Assembly: GCA_963422395.1 (NCBI GenBank) | Contig: OY729431.1 | Span: 1,216,001-1,280,000 of the forward strand | DNA from: Vicinamibacteria bacterium | GTDB lineage: Bacteria; Acidobacteriota; Vicinamibacteria; Marinacidobacterales; Marinacidobacteraceae | DNA length: 64,000 bases | Direction: 5' to 3' | In this document: in pieces, positions 1-10,786 of the stretch | How positions within the stretch are numbered: the stretch's first letter is position 1 | Layout of the letters: every line of letters starts with the position of its first letter | The notes under the pieces: model-generated | The model's database searches: none | Told to the model about the DNA's origin: nothing | What the model saw: the letters and a program-made list of their open reading frames with translations, nothing else | Program-made: the position numbers and the translations under genes

Positions 1-1
1 C

Positions 2-1132
2 GAGGCGATTCTGAACAGCGAGGTCCCCGTGGCGGTGTTCGTCGGTCCGTCCGGTGCCCGCGCGGCGTCGGCCGGCTATCTGATCACCCTCGCCGCGGAT
101 GTCTCGGGAATGGCGCCGGGGACGAACATGGGTGCCGCGACTCCGATTTCCGGGACTGGCGGTGAAATGCCCGAGACGCTGAGCCGCAAGGTGGAGTCGG
201 ACGCCGCGGCCTATCTGCGCTCCATCGCCGAACGCCGGGGGCGGGATGTGGCGCTCGCCGAACAGGGAGTCACCGAAGCGAGGAGCTGGACCGCCAGCGA
301 AGCGCTCGAAGCCGGGCTCATCGACCTGATCGCCGACGACACCGCGGCGTTCCTCGACGCGCTCGACGGCCGGACCGTGCAGCGGATCGACGGAGCCGAA
401 GCGACGCTCGCCACTGCGGGAGCGCTCGTCGTCGAAACCGGAATGTCCTTCCGCGACCGCGCGCTTTCGGTCATCGCCAATCCGAACCTCGCGGTCCTGC
501 TGGGGATGATCGGCCTCCTGGGCCTCTATCTCGAGTTTTCGAACCCGGGGCTGCTGTTCCCTGGCATCCTCGGGGCGGTTGCCCTGTTGCTCGCGGGCTT
601 CGGTTTGAACCTGCTGCCGGTGAGTCTGTTGGGCATCCTCCTGCTTCTGCTCGGGATCGGCCTGCTGACCGCGGAGGCGCTGACTCCCTCGTTCGGCATA
701 ATGGGCATGTCGGGGGCGGCGGCGCTGGTGCTCGGCCTTTTCTTCTTCTTCGAAGAGCAGTCGCTCCCCACACCTGCACTCGATTTGACCTGGGGACTCG
801 TGATTCCGTCCGTCCTGGTGTTTTCGGTGCTGGTGTTCTTCCTGGGGCAGCTCGTGGTCCGGTCGCAGCGGGCGTCCGCGGTGACTGGCCAGGAGGGGAT
901 GGTCGGTCTGACGGCCACCGCACACACCGACATCCGGCCCGGAGCGGCCGGCAAGGTTTTCGTCCACGGAGAGTTCTGGGACGCCATCGCTTCCGGACCG
1001 GTCGCCGCGGGAGACCGGGTGCGGGTCCTCGCCATCGAGGGACTGACCCTCCGGGTCGGAGGGGCCTCCGGTTCGGGCGCCGCTGCGGCCCTTCCCGATC
1101 TCTCCGATCCCCCATCGGAAACAAGGAGCTGA
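2..1132 (+). CDS. nfeD: NfeD family membrane-bound serine protease (5' end outside window)
   Basis: Frame open from base 2; AASAG and GTNMGAATP ClpP-like motifs, several TM helices, C-terminal OB-like '[12 protein letters not shown]'; directly upstream of a stomatin gene. Confidence 0.9.
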   Translation, partial: EAILNSEVPVAVFVGPSGARAASAGYLITLAADVSGMAPGTNMGAATPISGTGGEMPETLSRKVESDAAAYLRSIAERRGRDVALAEQGVTEARSWTASEALEAGLIDLIADDTAAFLDALDGRTVQRIDGAEATLATAGALVVETGMSFRDRALSVIANPNLAVLLGMIGLLGLYLEFSNPGLLFPGILGAVALLLAGFGLNLLPVSLLGILLLLLGIGLLTAEALTPSFGIMGMSGAAALVLGLFFFFEEQSLPTPALDLTWGLVIPSVLVFSVLVFFLGQLVVRSQRASAVTGQEGMVGLTATAHTDIRPGAAGKVFVHGEFWDAIASGPVAAGDRVRVLAIEGLTLRVGGASGSGAAAALPDLSDPPSETRS

Positions 1133-1139
1133 GAAAGCA

Positions 1140-1922
1140 ATGTTCGGACTTCCCCTGGGAGCCCTGATCGCCATCGCCTTCGGCGCGATCTTCCTGCTGA
1201 ACTGGATCAAGATCCTCAACGAGTACGAGCGCGGCGTCGTCTTTCGCTTCGGCAAGCTGCTCAAGAAGACGAAGGGACCCGGCCTCGTGCTCGTGTTCTC
1301 GCCCATCGACCGGATGGTTCGGGTGAGCTTGCGGCTCGTGGCCTTCGATGTGCCGCCCCAGGACATCATCACCCGCGACAATGTCTCGGTGAAGGTGAAC
1401 GCGGTGGTGTTCTTCCGGGTGGTGGACCCGACGAGGGCGGTGGTCGAGGTGGAGGACTACCTCTACGCCACTTCGCAGCTCGCACAGACCACGCTTCGCA
1501 GCGTGCTCGGCCGGGCGGACCTCGACGACCTGCTCGCCCAGCGCGACCAGCTGAATCTGCAGCTGCAGGGGATCCTCGACAAGAGCACCGACCCCTGGGG
1601 CATCAAGGTGTCCTCGGTGGAGGTCAAGCATGTGGACCTGCCGGGCGAGATGACCCGGGCGCTTGCGCGGCAGGCCGAGGCCGAGCGCGAGAAGCGCGCC
1701 AAGGTCATCCATGCCGAGGGCGAATTCCAGGCTTCGACGCAGCTCGCCAGAGCTGCCGAGATCGTGGGCAGGCACCCGCTCGGCGCCCAGCTCCGTTATC
1801 TGCAGACCCTCACCGAAATCGCTTCGGAAAAGAACTCAACGATCATCTTCCCGTTGCCGCTCGACATCGTGAAGCCGTTCATGGCGCTCGCCGAAAAGTA
1901 CGGCAGCGGCACCACGGACTGA
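1140..1922 (+). CDS. SPFH/stomatin-like (slipin) protein
   Basis: [11 protein letters not shown], '[20 protein letters not shown]', '[18 protein letters not shown]'. Confidence 0.95.
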   Translation: MFGLPLGALIAIAFGAIFLLNWIKILNEYERGVVFRFGKLLKKTKGPGLVLVFSPIDRMVRVSLRLVAFDVPPQDIITRDNVSVKVNAVVFFRVVDPTRAVVEVEDYLYATSQLAQTTLRSVLGRADLDDLLAQRDQLNLQLQGILDKSTDPWGIKVSSVEVKHVDLPGEMTRALARQAEAEREKRAKVIHAEGEFQASTQLARAAEIVGRHPLGAQLRYLQTLTEIASEKNSTIIFPLPLDIVKPFMALAEKYGSGTTD

Positions 1923-2072
1923 GAGCTTCTGCTTTCTCCGCGGCCGGCGGCAGCAGCCTCGCTGCCGGGACTTCAAGTGTCACTTTAGGAAAGCTGGCGT
2001 AAGTTATGTAAGGTTCTCGGTAGGGGGCATTGATTTCTGCTCCCTTTTCAGCGGGCGCCACGGGAGGAAACC

Positions 2073-2801
2073 ATGACCTACCACGACAGCGACAACTATG
2101 ACATCCAGTTCACTACCCGTCAGCTCGTGATGCTCTTCGGGCTGCTCACGGTGATCGTCGGGGGAGTGTTCGTCGGGGGGATCGCGATCGGCCGGGGGAT
2201 GCAACCGGCTGCAGCGGTCACGGCTCGGTCGCAGCCGCCGAAAGCGGCCGAGCCGCTCGCCGGAGCTCCCGTGCCGCCTTCCCTGTCTGCACCTGCCGGC
2301 AGCGCTGCGGAGGCTGCGGAGAACGCTTCCGAAAATGCCGGCGACCAGCTGCAGCTGCCGGTCGGGGAGCCCTCCGCGAGGACCGCGGAGACCCGCTCCG
2401 AAAGCCCGGACCAGCTCGCCGCCAGCACGCTGAGTGTCGCGACCGGCAGCCGGAAGACTCCGCCCTCCCGGAATACGGCGGGCCCTCCGGTTGCGGCCGC
2501 TCGAGAGGAGAGGGCGCCGGCCCGTTCGTCGTCCTCGCCGCCTCTGTCACCGGCGGCGGGGGGCGCGGCGGCGGAGTCCCAGGGAAAGTTCACGATCCAG
2601 GTAGCCGCCTTCCGCGACCGCGCGGCAGCCGAGAATCTCTTGGCCCAGCTCGCAGGAAAGGGGATCGATGGCTATCTCGAAGCGACCCCGGCGGGGATCT
2701 TCCGGGTGCGCGTGGGCCGATTCGGCACCCGCGAGGCGGCCCGGGCACTCGCCGCGCGCCTCGAGAGCGAGCAGTTCGCCACCCTGGTCACCAGCCGCTG
2801 A
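2073..2801 (+). CDS. SPOR-domain cell division protein (FtsN/DedD-like)
   Basis: GGAGG RBS, N-terminal TM, Pro/Ala linker, C-terminal 'FTIQVAAF...FRVRVGRF' SPOR domain. Confidence 0.85.
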   Translation: MTYHDSDNYDIQFTTRQLVMLFGLLTVIVGGVFVGGIAIGRGMQPAAAVTARSQPPKAAEPLAGAPVPPSLSAPAGSAAEAAENASENAGDQLQLPVGEPSARTAETRSESPDQLAASTLSVATGSRKTPPSRNTAGPPVAAAREERAPARSSSSPPLSPAAGGAAAESQGKFTIQVAAFRDRAAAENLLAQLAGKGIDGYLEATPAGIFRVRVGRFGTREAARALAARLESEQFATLVTSR

Positions 2802-2870
2802 CCCCCGGGCAGCCCCGGGGCAGCAGGTCCCCCTTCGGCCAGTAGAATCCGTTCCGATGAACACCGCCGA

Positions 2871-3993
2871 ATGAGTCAGGAACTGCTGGACCGTTGCGAA
2901 GCCCTGCTGGCGCGCGCTTCCGCCCACCGGGGGTTTCTTTGACCCGGCGGCCCTATCCGCAGAGATCGAAGGGCTCGACCAGCGACTGAGCGATTCCGGG
3001 GTCTGGTCGGGGGCCGGCGGAGGCGAAGCCCTCGCCCGCCGCCGGTCCGACCTGGCGGTGGAACTGGATCGCCATTCCCGGTTCGAACGCGTAATCGACG
3101 AGGTGGAAACACTCGCCGAGTGGACCCGGGAGGGAGAAGAGGTGGCCGAGGACTTCCGCGAGCACCTCGACCGTCTGGAGAGCCAACTCACCGATATCGA
3201 ACTGCGGCGGCTGTTCGCCGGCGAGCACGATGCTGAGGACGCGATCGTCACCATCAACCCGGGCGCCGGCGGAACCGACGCTCAGGACTGGGCGGAGATG
3301 CTCCTCGGGATGTATGTGCGCTGGGCGAAGAATCGCAGCTTCGAGATCGAGGTGCTCGACCGGCAGCCGGGGGAGGAGGCCGGAATCAAGGGAGCGACCC
3401 TCGAGGTGCGGGGAGACCACGCCTACGGGCGGCTCCGGGTCGAGTCGGGGGTCCACCGGCTGGTGCGGATGTCCCCCTTCGACACTCAGCACCGGCGCCA
3501 CACTTCCTTCGCCTCGGTGGCCGCCTTTCCCGATCTCGACGACCGGATCGAGATCGAGGTGGACGAGAACGACCTGCGCATAGACACCTTCCGCGCCAGC
3601 GGCAAGGGCGGCCAGCATGTGAATGTCACCGACTCCGCGGTCCGCATCACCCATCTGCCCACCGGGATCGTGGTCTCCTGCCAGAACGAACGCTCCCAGC
3701 ACCGGAACCGGGACAGCGCCATGAAAGTGCTCCGCGCCCGCATCCACGACCGCGCGGTGCGGGAGCGAAAGGCGCAGGAGGAAGCCCAGAAGGAGAGTCT
3801 CGGCGAAAACACCTGGGGCAACCAGATCCGCTCCTATGTGTTCCAGCCGTACCGGCTGGTCAAGGACCACCGCACCAACCACCAGGTGGGCGATGTGGAC
3901 CGGGTCATGAACGGAGATCTCGACGGCTTCATCGAAGCCGGTCTCGCCTTCGCCGCGCGAACCGGCAAGGCTCCGGGCTCCGGCGCATCGTAG
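2871..3993 (+). CDS. prfB: Peptide chain release factor 2, +1 programmed frameshift at 2937-2943
   Basis: ATG 2871 gives 23 codons to CTT-TGA-C with GGGGG 3 nt upstream; +1 frame continues into an ORF with the SPF and GGQ motifs. Confidence 0.97.
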
Positions 3994-4003
3994 ACTTCCG
4001 GCC

Positions 4004-4960
4004 ATGCGTTCCCTCGATGCCCCGTCTCGCTTCGCCCTTTCCCCTCGGGCCTGCCGGCGCCTGCGGGCGGTCGTTTCCGGCGCCGCCCTCGCGGGGCTCT
4101 TGCTCGGTTGCGGCGACGCTCCCTTCGATGAGGAAGCCTGGCGCGAGGGAGAGCGGCTCCACCGGGAGGAGGCGGAGGCCCTCCTGACCTCCGACGGTAG
4201 TTGGCTCACGGTTGCCGGACTCCATTTCCTCACCGCCGGAGACCACATCGTCGGGAGCGGCGAGGACGCCGATCTGCGCCTGCCGGAGCGGTTTCCGGAC
4301 ACCGCGGTGACCGTCTCCTGGTCGGCAGCGGGGAAAGCATTCGCCCGGGTCGCCGAGGGGCTGACCGCGACCGTTGGCGGAGCGCCGTTTCGCGAAGGGG
4401 AGCTCGCGGCCGGAGAGGACGGCGCGGTGGTTCTCGACGAGCGCATCCGTTTCTGGCTCCACTCGAGCGGCGAGCGCCGCGCGCTGCGCTTGCGCGACCT
4501 CGAAAACCCCCTGCGGACAGGGTTCACCGGCCGCAAGTGGTTCCTGCCGGATCCGAAGTTCCGGGTGGAAGCCGCTTTCGAGCGCCATCCGCAGCAGCGC
4601 CAGGTCGAAGCGGTGAACATCCGGGGCGACATCGTGGACTATGTTTCGGACGGCGAGGCGGTCTTCGACTGGGAAGGCGAGGAGGTCCGCCTCTTGGCGT
4701 TCACCCGCCGAAACGGCAACCTGTTCTTCATCCTCACCGACGGCACCAGCGGCGTTTCGACCTACCCGGCGGCCCGCTTCCTCACCACCGCGCCGCCGGA
4801 GAACGGGCGGGTCGTCCTGGACTTCAACCGGGCCGAGAACCCGCCGTGCGGCTTCAGTGCCTTCACCACCTGTCCCACGCCGCCGCCGCAGAACCGGCTC
4901 CGGTTCCGCATCGAGGCCGGCGAGCGGCGCTACCACCCCGCCGTCGCGCCGACCGACTGA
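4004..4960 (+). CDS. DUF1684 family lipoprotein
   Basis: LLLGC lipobox; 'TYPAARFL...LDFNRAENPPCGFSAFTTCPTPPPQNRL...AGE'. Confidence 0.85.
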   Translation: MRSLDAPSRFALSPRACRRLRAVVSGAALAGLLLGCGDAPFDEEAWREGERLHREEAEALLTSDGSWLTVAGLHFLTAGDHIVGSGEDADLRLPERFPDTAVTVSWSAAGKAFARVAEGLTATVGGAPFREGELAAGEDGAVVLDERIRFWLHSSGERRALRLRDLENPLRTGFTGRKWFLPDPKFRVEAAFERHPQQRQVEAVNIRGDIVDYVSDGEAVFDWEGEEVRLLAFTRRNGNLFFILTDGTSGVSTYPAARFLTTAPPENGRVVLDFNRAENPPCGFSAFTTCPTPPPQNRLRFRIEAGERRYHPAVAPTD

Positions 4961-4978
4961 CCGGGTGGTCCCGAGCGT

Positions 4979-5383
4979 TTGGGCATAGGCATCTCGGTAG
5001 TCCTCGACCGTGAGGTCGATGGCGCCGACCCGTCGAATTTCGAGGGCCGGGCACTGCATCAGGCCCGCTGGGAGCTCTCCGAAGCCGCCGAGGAAGCGGG
5101 GCTCCAGCCTCTCGACGAGTTCGTCAGCCTGAGCCCCGAGGAGTCCGAGATCCTGGCCTCCGACCTCAATTTCGACTCCGAGGTGGACGCGGCGTCTCCC
5201 GCGGGTTGGTTCGACTCCGGCACCGGACTCGAACTCGTGCGCACCCTCCTCGGCAGGGTGTCTTCGGAGCCCGACGCGTTTCCATCCGCGGAGCAGCTGC
5301 TCGCCGAACTCCGGGAGCTTTCGTCGCTCCTGGCCGCAGCAGCGCTCGCCGACGTCCGCTTCCGGCTCTCCGTCGCCTACTGA
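4979..5383 (+). CDS. Hypothetical acidic protein
   Basis: Fills the gap in operon orientation; protein-like composition; TTG start. Confidence 0.6.
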   Translation: MGIGISVVLDREVDGADPSNFEGRALHQARWELSEAAEEAGLQPLDEFVSLSPEESEILASDLNFDSEVDAASPAGWFDSGTGLELVRTLLGRVSSEPDAFPSAEQLLAELRELSSLLAAAALADVRFRLSVAY

Positions 5384-5437
5384 TCCTGTCCGAAGCGGCA
5401 CCGATGCTGTCCGGTGCCGCCATCCACGGGAGGGAAG

Positions 5438-5929
5438 TCAGGCTGCGGCGGGCTTTTTCGAGATCTTCGCGGTCAACCAGGTGATCGAACCGCCGAGGAG
5501 CGTCGTCCAGAGTCCCATCCAGAAGAGCACTTGCGCCATGACGCCCCCGAAGAACCACTGGGCCAGCGGGCCCATACCGGCCATTTCGGGTGGATAGGCG
5601 TCGTAGTGGGTTCCCCAATCGCCGAGGGTGGCGAACAGCATGATGACGATGACCGGGATGCGCGCGCCGAACGAATAGACGAAATTCGTCCGCAACGCGG
5701 AGACGAAGCCGGTGTCTCCGGCACGGGCGTGCCGGGTTCCGAACCAGACGGCGAAGATCGGCGCCAGCCAGACGATTCCGATGATGGCTCCGGTCCCGCC
5801 GGTTTCGCGGTTCACGAGGAATTCCGGCAGGCCGCCGAGAGCGCCCAGCAGACGCAGCGCGGTGACTCCGAGAGTGACGAGCACCGGAGTGCGCACCAGT
5901 TGCCAAACGGGGGATGAGAAGGGGAACAT
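5438..5929 (-). CDS. Hypothetical membrane protein (about 4 TM)
   Basis: Hydrophobic segments; probable start MFPFSS at 5929. Confidence 0.7.
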   Translation of the reverse strand: MFPFSSPVWQLVRTPVLVTLGVTALRLLGALGGLPEFLVNRETGGTGAIIGIVWLAPIFAVWFGTRHARAGDTGFVSALRTNFVYSFGARIPVIVIMLFATLGDWGTHYDAYPPEMAGMGPLAQWFFGGVMAQVLFWMGLWTTLLGGSITWLTAKISKKPAAA

Positions 5930-6033
5930 GGGAAGAGATCTCCTTGCCGGTTGGGTACTCCGGTGGATTCGGGACCTGTAGGAGCCGCTGATTCTGGCAG
6001 ACTTCGCCGGTTCTCGCAGGAGGTTCCGCACCG

Positions 6034-7680
6034 ATGCGCCGTCCGTTCCGGGTTTCGTTCCTTTTTCTGATCTCTTCGGGGGTCGGGGCGGCGGCCTCCG
6101 CCGCGCTTTGGTCTGGTTGTGCTGGCGGGCCGTCCGGTTCGGAGGCCGCCCGGTTCGACGAGGCTCGGCTGCTCGAACAGATCGCCGTGCTCTCTTCCGA
6201 CGAATTCGGCGGGCGAGCTCCGGCTTCGCCCGGAGAAGAGAAGACGGTTGCGTGGCTGACGGATGCGTTCCGGACAGCCGGGCTCGATCCGGGAAATCCC
6301 GACGGTAGCTGGGTGCAGCCGGTTCCGCTGGTCGGCTCCACCGCTGCCGGCATGGAGGCTTCGTCGGATCCGGGCGGCGCCTGGGAGCCGGCGGTGGACT
6401 TCGTGGCCTGGACGAAACGGGTGGTTCCGGAGATCCGGGCGTCCGGGGAGTTGGTGTTCGTCGGCTACGGAGTCGAAGCTCCGGAATACCGCTGGGACGA
6501 TTTCGGCGAAACCGCCCTTGCGGGAAAGATCCTCGTCGTGCTGGTGAACGATCCGCCCGGCGAGCACCATTTCGGCGGCGAGGCGATGACCTACTACGGC
6601 CGCTGGACCTACAAATTCGAAAAGGCCGCCGCGATGGGCGCTCTCGGAGCGCTCATCGTCCACGAGACCGGCCCGGCGGGATATCCCTGGGAAGTGGTGA
6701 GCGGCTCGTGGACCGGAGAACAGTTCGACCTCCGCAGCCCCGGCGGGAATCTGGATCGGTTGGAGGTGGAGGGGTGGGTCTCCCGCGAGCGGGCGGTGTC
6801 GCTGTTCGAAGCTGCGGGGAGAGATTTCGACGAAGCGCGGGAAGCGGCCGCCGCGCCCGGGTTCTCTCCCATGCCGCTCGGGATCTCCGCCAGCTTCGTG
6901 CTCGAATCCGCGCACCGCGAGATCGACTCGAACAATGTGCTCGGGTTGCTGCCGGGTTCCGAGACGCCCGAGGAGCTCGTGATCTATACCGCGCACTGGG
7001 ATCATCTCGGTACCACAGCGGAAATGGAAGGCGACGGAATCTTCAATGGCGCTTTCGATAACGCCACCGGAACCGCGGGCCTCGCGGCGCTCGCGGAAGC
7101 CTTCGCCGCCGGAGGCGCGCCCCGGCGCAGCGTGCTCTTCCTCGCGGTGACCGCGGAGGAGCAGGGGCTGCTCGGTTCCCGCCATTACGCCGAGAATCCG
7201 CTCTATCCGACCGCGAACACGGTGGCGGCCATCAACATGGACGGCATGAACATCTGGGGGAGGACGACGGATATCACCGTGGTGGGCCTCGGCCAGTCGG
7301 AACTCGACGCGGTCGCCGGAGAGGTGGCGGCCGGGCTCGGCCGCGAACTGCGTCCGGACCCCGAGCCGGAAAAGGGCTTCTACTACCGCTCCGATCATTT
7401 CGAGATGGCGAAGGCGGGGATTCCCGCCTTCTATCCCGACGGCGGAGTGGACTTCCTCGGGAAGCCTCCGGGATTCGGCATGGAGGCCCGTGCCGCCTAT
7501 GTCGCCGAGGCCTACCACAAGCCTGGCGACGAGGTGCAGGACTGGTACGACCTCTCGGGCATGGTGGAAGACCTCGAGTTCCTCTACCGGATGGGCCGGC
7601 GCCTCGCCGACTCCGCCGAATGGCCCGAGTGGAGCGAAACGAGCGAGTTCCGTGCCCGCCGCCTCGAGGACCGCCGGTGA
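6034..7680 (+). CDS. M28 family metallopeptidase with PA domain
   Basis: 'TAHWDHLG', 'NGAFDNATG', 'TAEEQGLLGS', 'YRSDH', 'YHKPGD'. Confidence 0.93.
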   Translation: MRRPFRVSFLFLISSGVGAAASAALWSGCAGGPSGSEAARFDEARLLEQIAVLSSDEFGGRAPASPGEEKTVAWLTDAFRTAGLDPGNPDGSWVQPVPLVGSTAAGMEASSDPGGAWEPAVDFVAWTKRVVPEIRASGELVFVGYGVEAPEYRWDDFGETALAGKILVVLVNDPPGEHHFGGEAMTYYGRWTYKFEKAAAMGALGALIVHETGPAGYPWEVVSGSWTGEQFDLRSPGGNLDRLEVEGWVSRERAVSLFEAAGRDFDEAREAAAAPGFSPMPLGISASFVLESAHREIDSNNVLGLLPGSETPEELVIYTAHWDHLGTTAEMEGDGIFNGAFDNATGTAGLAALAEAFAAGGAPRRSVLFLAVTAEEQGLLGSRHYAENPLYPTANTVAAINMDGMNIWGRTTDITVVGLGQSELDAVAGEVAAGLGRELRPDPEPEKGFYYRSDHFEMAKAGIPAFYPDGGVDFLGKPPGFGMEARAAYVAEAYHKPGDEVQDWYDLSGMVEDLEFLYRMGRRLADSAEWPEWSETSEFRARRLEDRR

Positions 7681-7779
7681 CGGCCTTCGGAAAAACACTC
7701 CACCCTGCGGTTTCGCCGAGACAGGCGAACGAGATGCCGGGGAAATTCCACCGGCTGCGCTTCCGCGTGGCGGACTTCC

Positions 7780-8517
7780 TCACGGGCTCCCTGGATCGGG
7801 AGCCGTGAGGCCGCGGCCCGGTCGGCGCCGGCGGGTGCAGAAGAACGGGGCGAGCACGAGGAAGAACATTCCGAGGCCGACGAATTCGAGCACCGGGAGA
7901 TACCACGGCCAGGGGATCCGGAAGAACGGAGAGGCGGTGTCCGTGGGAGGTCCCGACAGGAACAGGTAGTTCGATCCGAGGAGCAGATTCACCCCGGCGA
8001 CCCCCGCCGCGAAGAGGTTGAGACAGGCGAAGGCGCGCAGCAGCCCTCCGAGGGTCGGCCGCATCCCGAGCGCCCAGGTCGCATAGAGGACCCCCACCAC
8101 GATGCCCGAATGGGCGATGAAGTACTGGAAGAAGCGGTACTCGGGGAATCCGGCGTCGAGCCCGCCGGGAGTGAGGACCGCGTTCAGCGAGCCGACGAGA
8201 CCCCAGAAGTACACGATCTCGTAGGTCTTCCGGCTGCGAAAGAGCAGTGTCGCCGCGGTGAGCAGGACCGCCGCCCCGCAGAGGTGGAGCGGCAGGTGGT
8301 TTCGCACCCATCCATCGAAGCCGATCTGCCCGATCCGCACCGCCCACCAGACGAGCTCGTTCCCGAGGAGCACGGCGGCCCAGGCGGCGGCGATGGCGCC
8401 CCGCGCTCCGGGCGGCCCGCGCCGCGCCGCGCCGGCCAGCGCCATCGGCAGAGCGAGCGTCAGCCCCATGGCGACGAAGTGCGGCGCGCCGAAGGTCTGG
8501 AAACCGGAGGCCGGCAC
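7780..8517 (-). CDS. TMEM164/YwaF family membrane protein
   Basis: 'LPLHLC', 'FFQYFIAH', 'GSNYLFL', 'PWPWY'. Confidence 0.85.
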   Translation of the reverse strand: MPASGFQTFGAPHFVAMGLTLALPMALAGAARRGPPGARGAIAAAWAAVLLGNELVWWAVRIGQIGFDGWVRNHLPLHLCGAAVLLTAATLLFRSRKTYEIVYFWGLVGSLNAVLTPGGLDAGFPEYRFFQYFIAHSGIVVGVLYATWALGMRPTLGGLLRAFACLNLFAAGVAGVNLLLGSNYLFLSGPPTDTASPFFRIPWPWYLPVLEFVGLGMFFLVLAPFFCTRRRRPGRGLTAPDPGSP

Positions 8518-8527
8518 GGCGTCAGCG

Positions 8528-8844
8528 GTGATCTTGCGGCAGATCGTTCATGCGAGCCCGATGCCTGGAGCTCCTGGGCATCCACGATCCCCAGCAGCCC
8601 GAGCAGCAACCCGCAGGAACATCCACGAGTCCGCCCAACGGACCCCGTTTGGTCGAGAGATCCTGGTTCGCCGCCTCACCGAGGGAGGCCTTCGCATCGA
8701 GGAGGCGGCCCGGCACCGTGGGACGCATCGCCCAGCGCGCCGCCCGACTCCACCGATGCAGCGGCGCCGGCCGCATGCCAGCCTCCATCATCGACCTTCC
8801 ATCCAGCCGCTCGACTTCTGCTGAACAACTCGATGGATCGCACA
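8528..8844 (+). mobile_element. Internally deleted IS481-family remnant
   Basis: N-terminal-like 'NIHESAQRTPFGREILVRRL', C-terminal-like 'RPHASLHHRP', end GAACAAC...CACA followed by GCTAG; left boundary approximate. Confidence 0.7.
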
Positions 8845-8849
8845 GCTAG

Positions 8850-9019
8850 CAGTCCGTGGATAAAGTGGTGCGAGCGCCAAGACCGGGGAGGCGCCTGGCT
8901 GACAAGGCGCGAATCGGGAGGCATACCGGGCGTATTCCGACGGATTCGCAACGAAGAGCGAAGCGGTTCAGCCGGGATGAATCGCCGGTCGACTGCCGTG
9001 TGACTTTGTCCACGGGCTG
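8850..9019 (+). mobile_element. MITE copy 1 (170 bp)
   Basis: Terminal inverted repeats CAGTCCGTGGATAAAGT / ACTTTGTCCACGGGCTG, flanked by CTAG on both sides; three more copies in the window. Confidence 0.85.
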
Positions 9020-10507
9020 CTAGCGTACGGTTTGGGCGGTGCGCATCAGATAGGGCTCGACCCGTTCGAGGGGCGGTGGGTCGGTGCGGAGAGAGACTGC
9101 GATCAGGACCAGCACATTCGCTGCCGCCCCGTAGATGCCGGGATGGATCCCCAACGGGGCGAGGACGGGCCACAGGTTGCCCGCCAGCGTGACGGTACAG
9201 CCGGCGAGGAGTCCAGCGATGGCACCGGCCCGGCTCGCCCGACGCCAGAACATCGCGGCGATCATCAGCGGGAAGAACTGGGCGATGGCGCCGTACGACA
9301 GGAGCAGCAGCCCGACCAGCGACGCCTCGGAACCCACCGCGAAGTAGTAGGCGACCGAGGCCATCCCGAGCGCGGTCCAGCGGATGCGCCGGGTCTCGGC
9401 GGCGGGCGTCCGGCGGATGCGCCGGAGCGGGACTTCGAGATCCTTCACCAGCACCGACGCGCCGGCGTGGAGGATGGCGTCTCCCGAACTCATCGAGGCG
9501 GCGAGCGCGCCGGCGCAGAAGAGTCCCACGGTGAGCGCCGAGAGGTCGAGGTCCATGAGGATCGTCGGCAGGATGGTGTCCGCCGGCTCGACGCCGGGAT
9601 AGGCGGCGATCCCGGAGAATCCGATGAAGAGCACCGGAATCAGGAAGATCTGGAAGGTCGGATAGAAGACCACCATCCGCTTGAGGGTCCGGATGCTCCG
9701 GGCGGCGTAGATCTTCATGAAGTAGTGCGGCCATACGGAAAAGCCGAGTACCGAGATCAGCACCGCGCTCGAATAGGCGCCGAAGCCCCACGGTTCGCCC
9801 GCGGTGTCGAGGCCCGGGGCGGTCAGCATCTCGGGCGCTGCGGCTGCGAGTTCCTCGAACATCGGGCCGATCCCGCCGTGGAGCTTTAGAGGAAGGTAGA
9901 GCCCCAGCCCCCAGGCGAGCCCCAGCATCAGGATGCCCTGGAAGGTATTCGTCCAGCCGACGCCGAGCACGCCGCTCCGAGCCACATAGAGGAACACCAC
10001 CCCGTAGGCGAGGGCGGCGCCCGCCCACTCCGGCATCCGCCCCTCGGTCACCACCGAAAAGACATACCCGGCGCCCTTCATCTGGATCACGAGGTAGGGG
10101 ATGAGCGCCGCCGCGCTCATGATCGCCATGATCGCGGGGACCGCGCGCGGGCTCTCGAAACGGTGGGCGAAGAACTCCGCCTGAGTCACGAACCCGAAGC
10201 GGCGCCCGAGCATCGCGATCCGAGGACCGAGGAAGTACCACGGCAGCAGCCCCACCGTCCCGTAGGAGACGATGTAGAAGGCTGCTGCGCCGCGCGAGTA
10301 GGCCCAGCCGGGGGCGCCCAGGAACGCGAAGGCGCTGTAGATCGACGCCCCCATGATGAAGTAGAGGACGATGAAGCCCAGGCTTCGGTCGCCGGCCACG
10401 AACCCCTCGGGGGTGTTCGACATCCGGCGGCCCGAGGCGACCCCGATCGCCAGGGTGACGCCGAGGTAGGCGAGAGTCGTCAGGAAGACGATGACCCAGG
10501 GGTCCAT
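9020..10507 (-). CDS. Sodium:solute symporter family transporter
   Basis: Many TM helices; 'FVAGDRSLG', 'SAFAFLGAPG', 'ALAASMSS'. Confidence 0.92.
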   Translation of the reverse strand: MDPWVIVFLTTLAYLGVTLAIGVASGRRMSNTPEGFVAGDRSLGFIVLYFIMGASIYSAFAFLGAPGWAYSRGAAAFYIVSYGTVGLLPWYFLGPRIAMLGRRFGFVTQAEFFAHRFESPRAVPAIMAIMSAAALIPYLVIQMKGAGYVFSVVTEGRMPEWAGAALAYGVVFLYVARSGVLGVGWTNTFQGILMLGLAWGLGLYLPLKLHGGIGPMFEELAAAAPEMLTAPGLDTAGEPWGFGAYSSAVLISVLGFSVWPHYFMKIYAARSIRTLKRMVVFYPTFQIFLIPVLFIGFSGIAAYPGVEPADTILPTILMDLDLSALTVGLFCAGALAASMSSGDAILHAGASVLVKDLEVPLRRIRRTPAAETRRIRWTALGMASVAYYFAVGSEASLVGLLLLSYGAIAQFFPLMIAAMFWRRASRAGAIAGLLAGCTVTLAGNLWPVLAPLGIHPGIYGAAANVLVLIAVSLRTDPPPLERVEPYLMRTAQTVR

Positions 10508-10552
10508 TCCGCAGCTTCCGAGCCGTCGCCGCCGACCTCGTGTCTTCGCCCG

Positions 10553-10786
10553 CTACCTTCGATACTCGCGGTCGAGGGCTTCGTCGTCCTCGCGATCGGC
10601 GGCGAACAGCGCGAGGAAGGTGCAGAAGACGGCGGCGATCATCAGCACCAGCCAGAACATCGAGAACGGCATCCCGAACACCAGCGGCCGGATTCCGCCG
10701 ACCCAGGGGTAGAGCGGCCAGATGCTCAGCAGGAGCACCGCCAGGGCGACGAGGAATCCGGTCCGGCGGCGCGCCGTGCGGCTCAT
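10553..10786 (-). CDS. Small 2-TM symporter accessory protein (DUF3311-like)
   Basis: 77 aa, 'PLVFGMPFSMFW', directly upstream of the symporter; GGAGGAG RBS. Confidence 0.8.
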   Translation of the reverse strand: MSRTARRRTGFLVALAVLLLSIWPLYPWVGGIRPLVFGMPFSMFWLVLMIAAVFCTFLALFAADREDDEALDREYRR

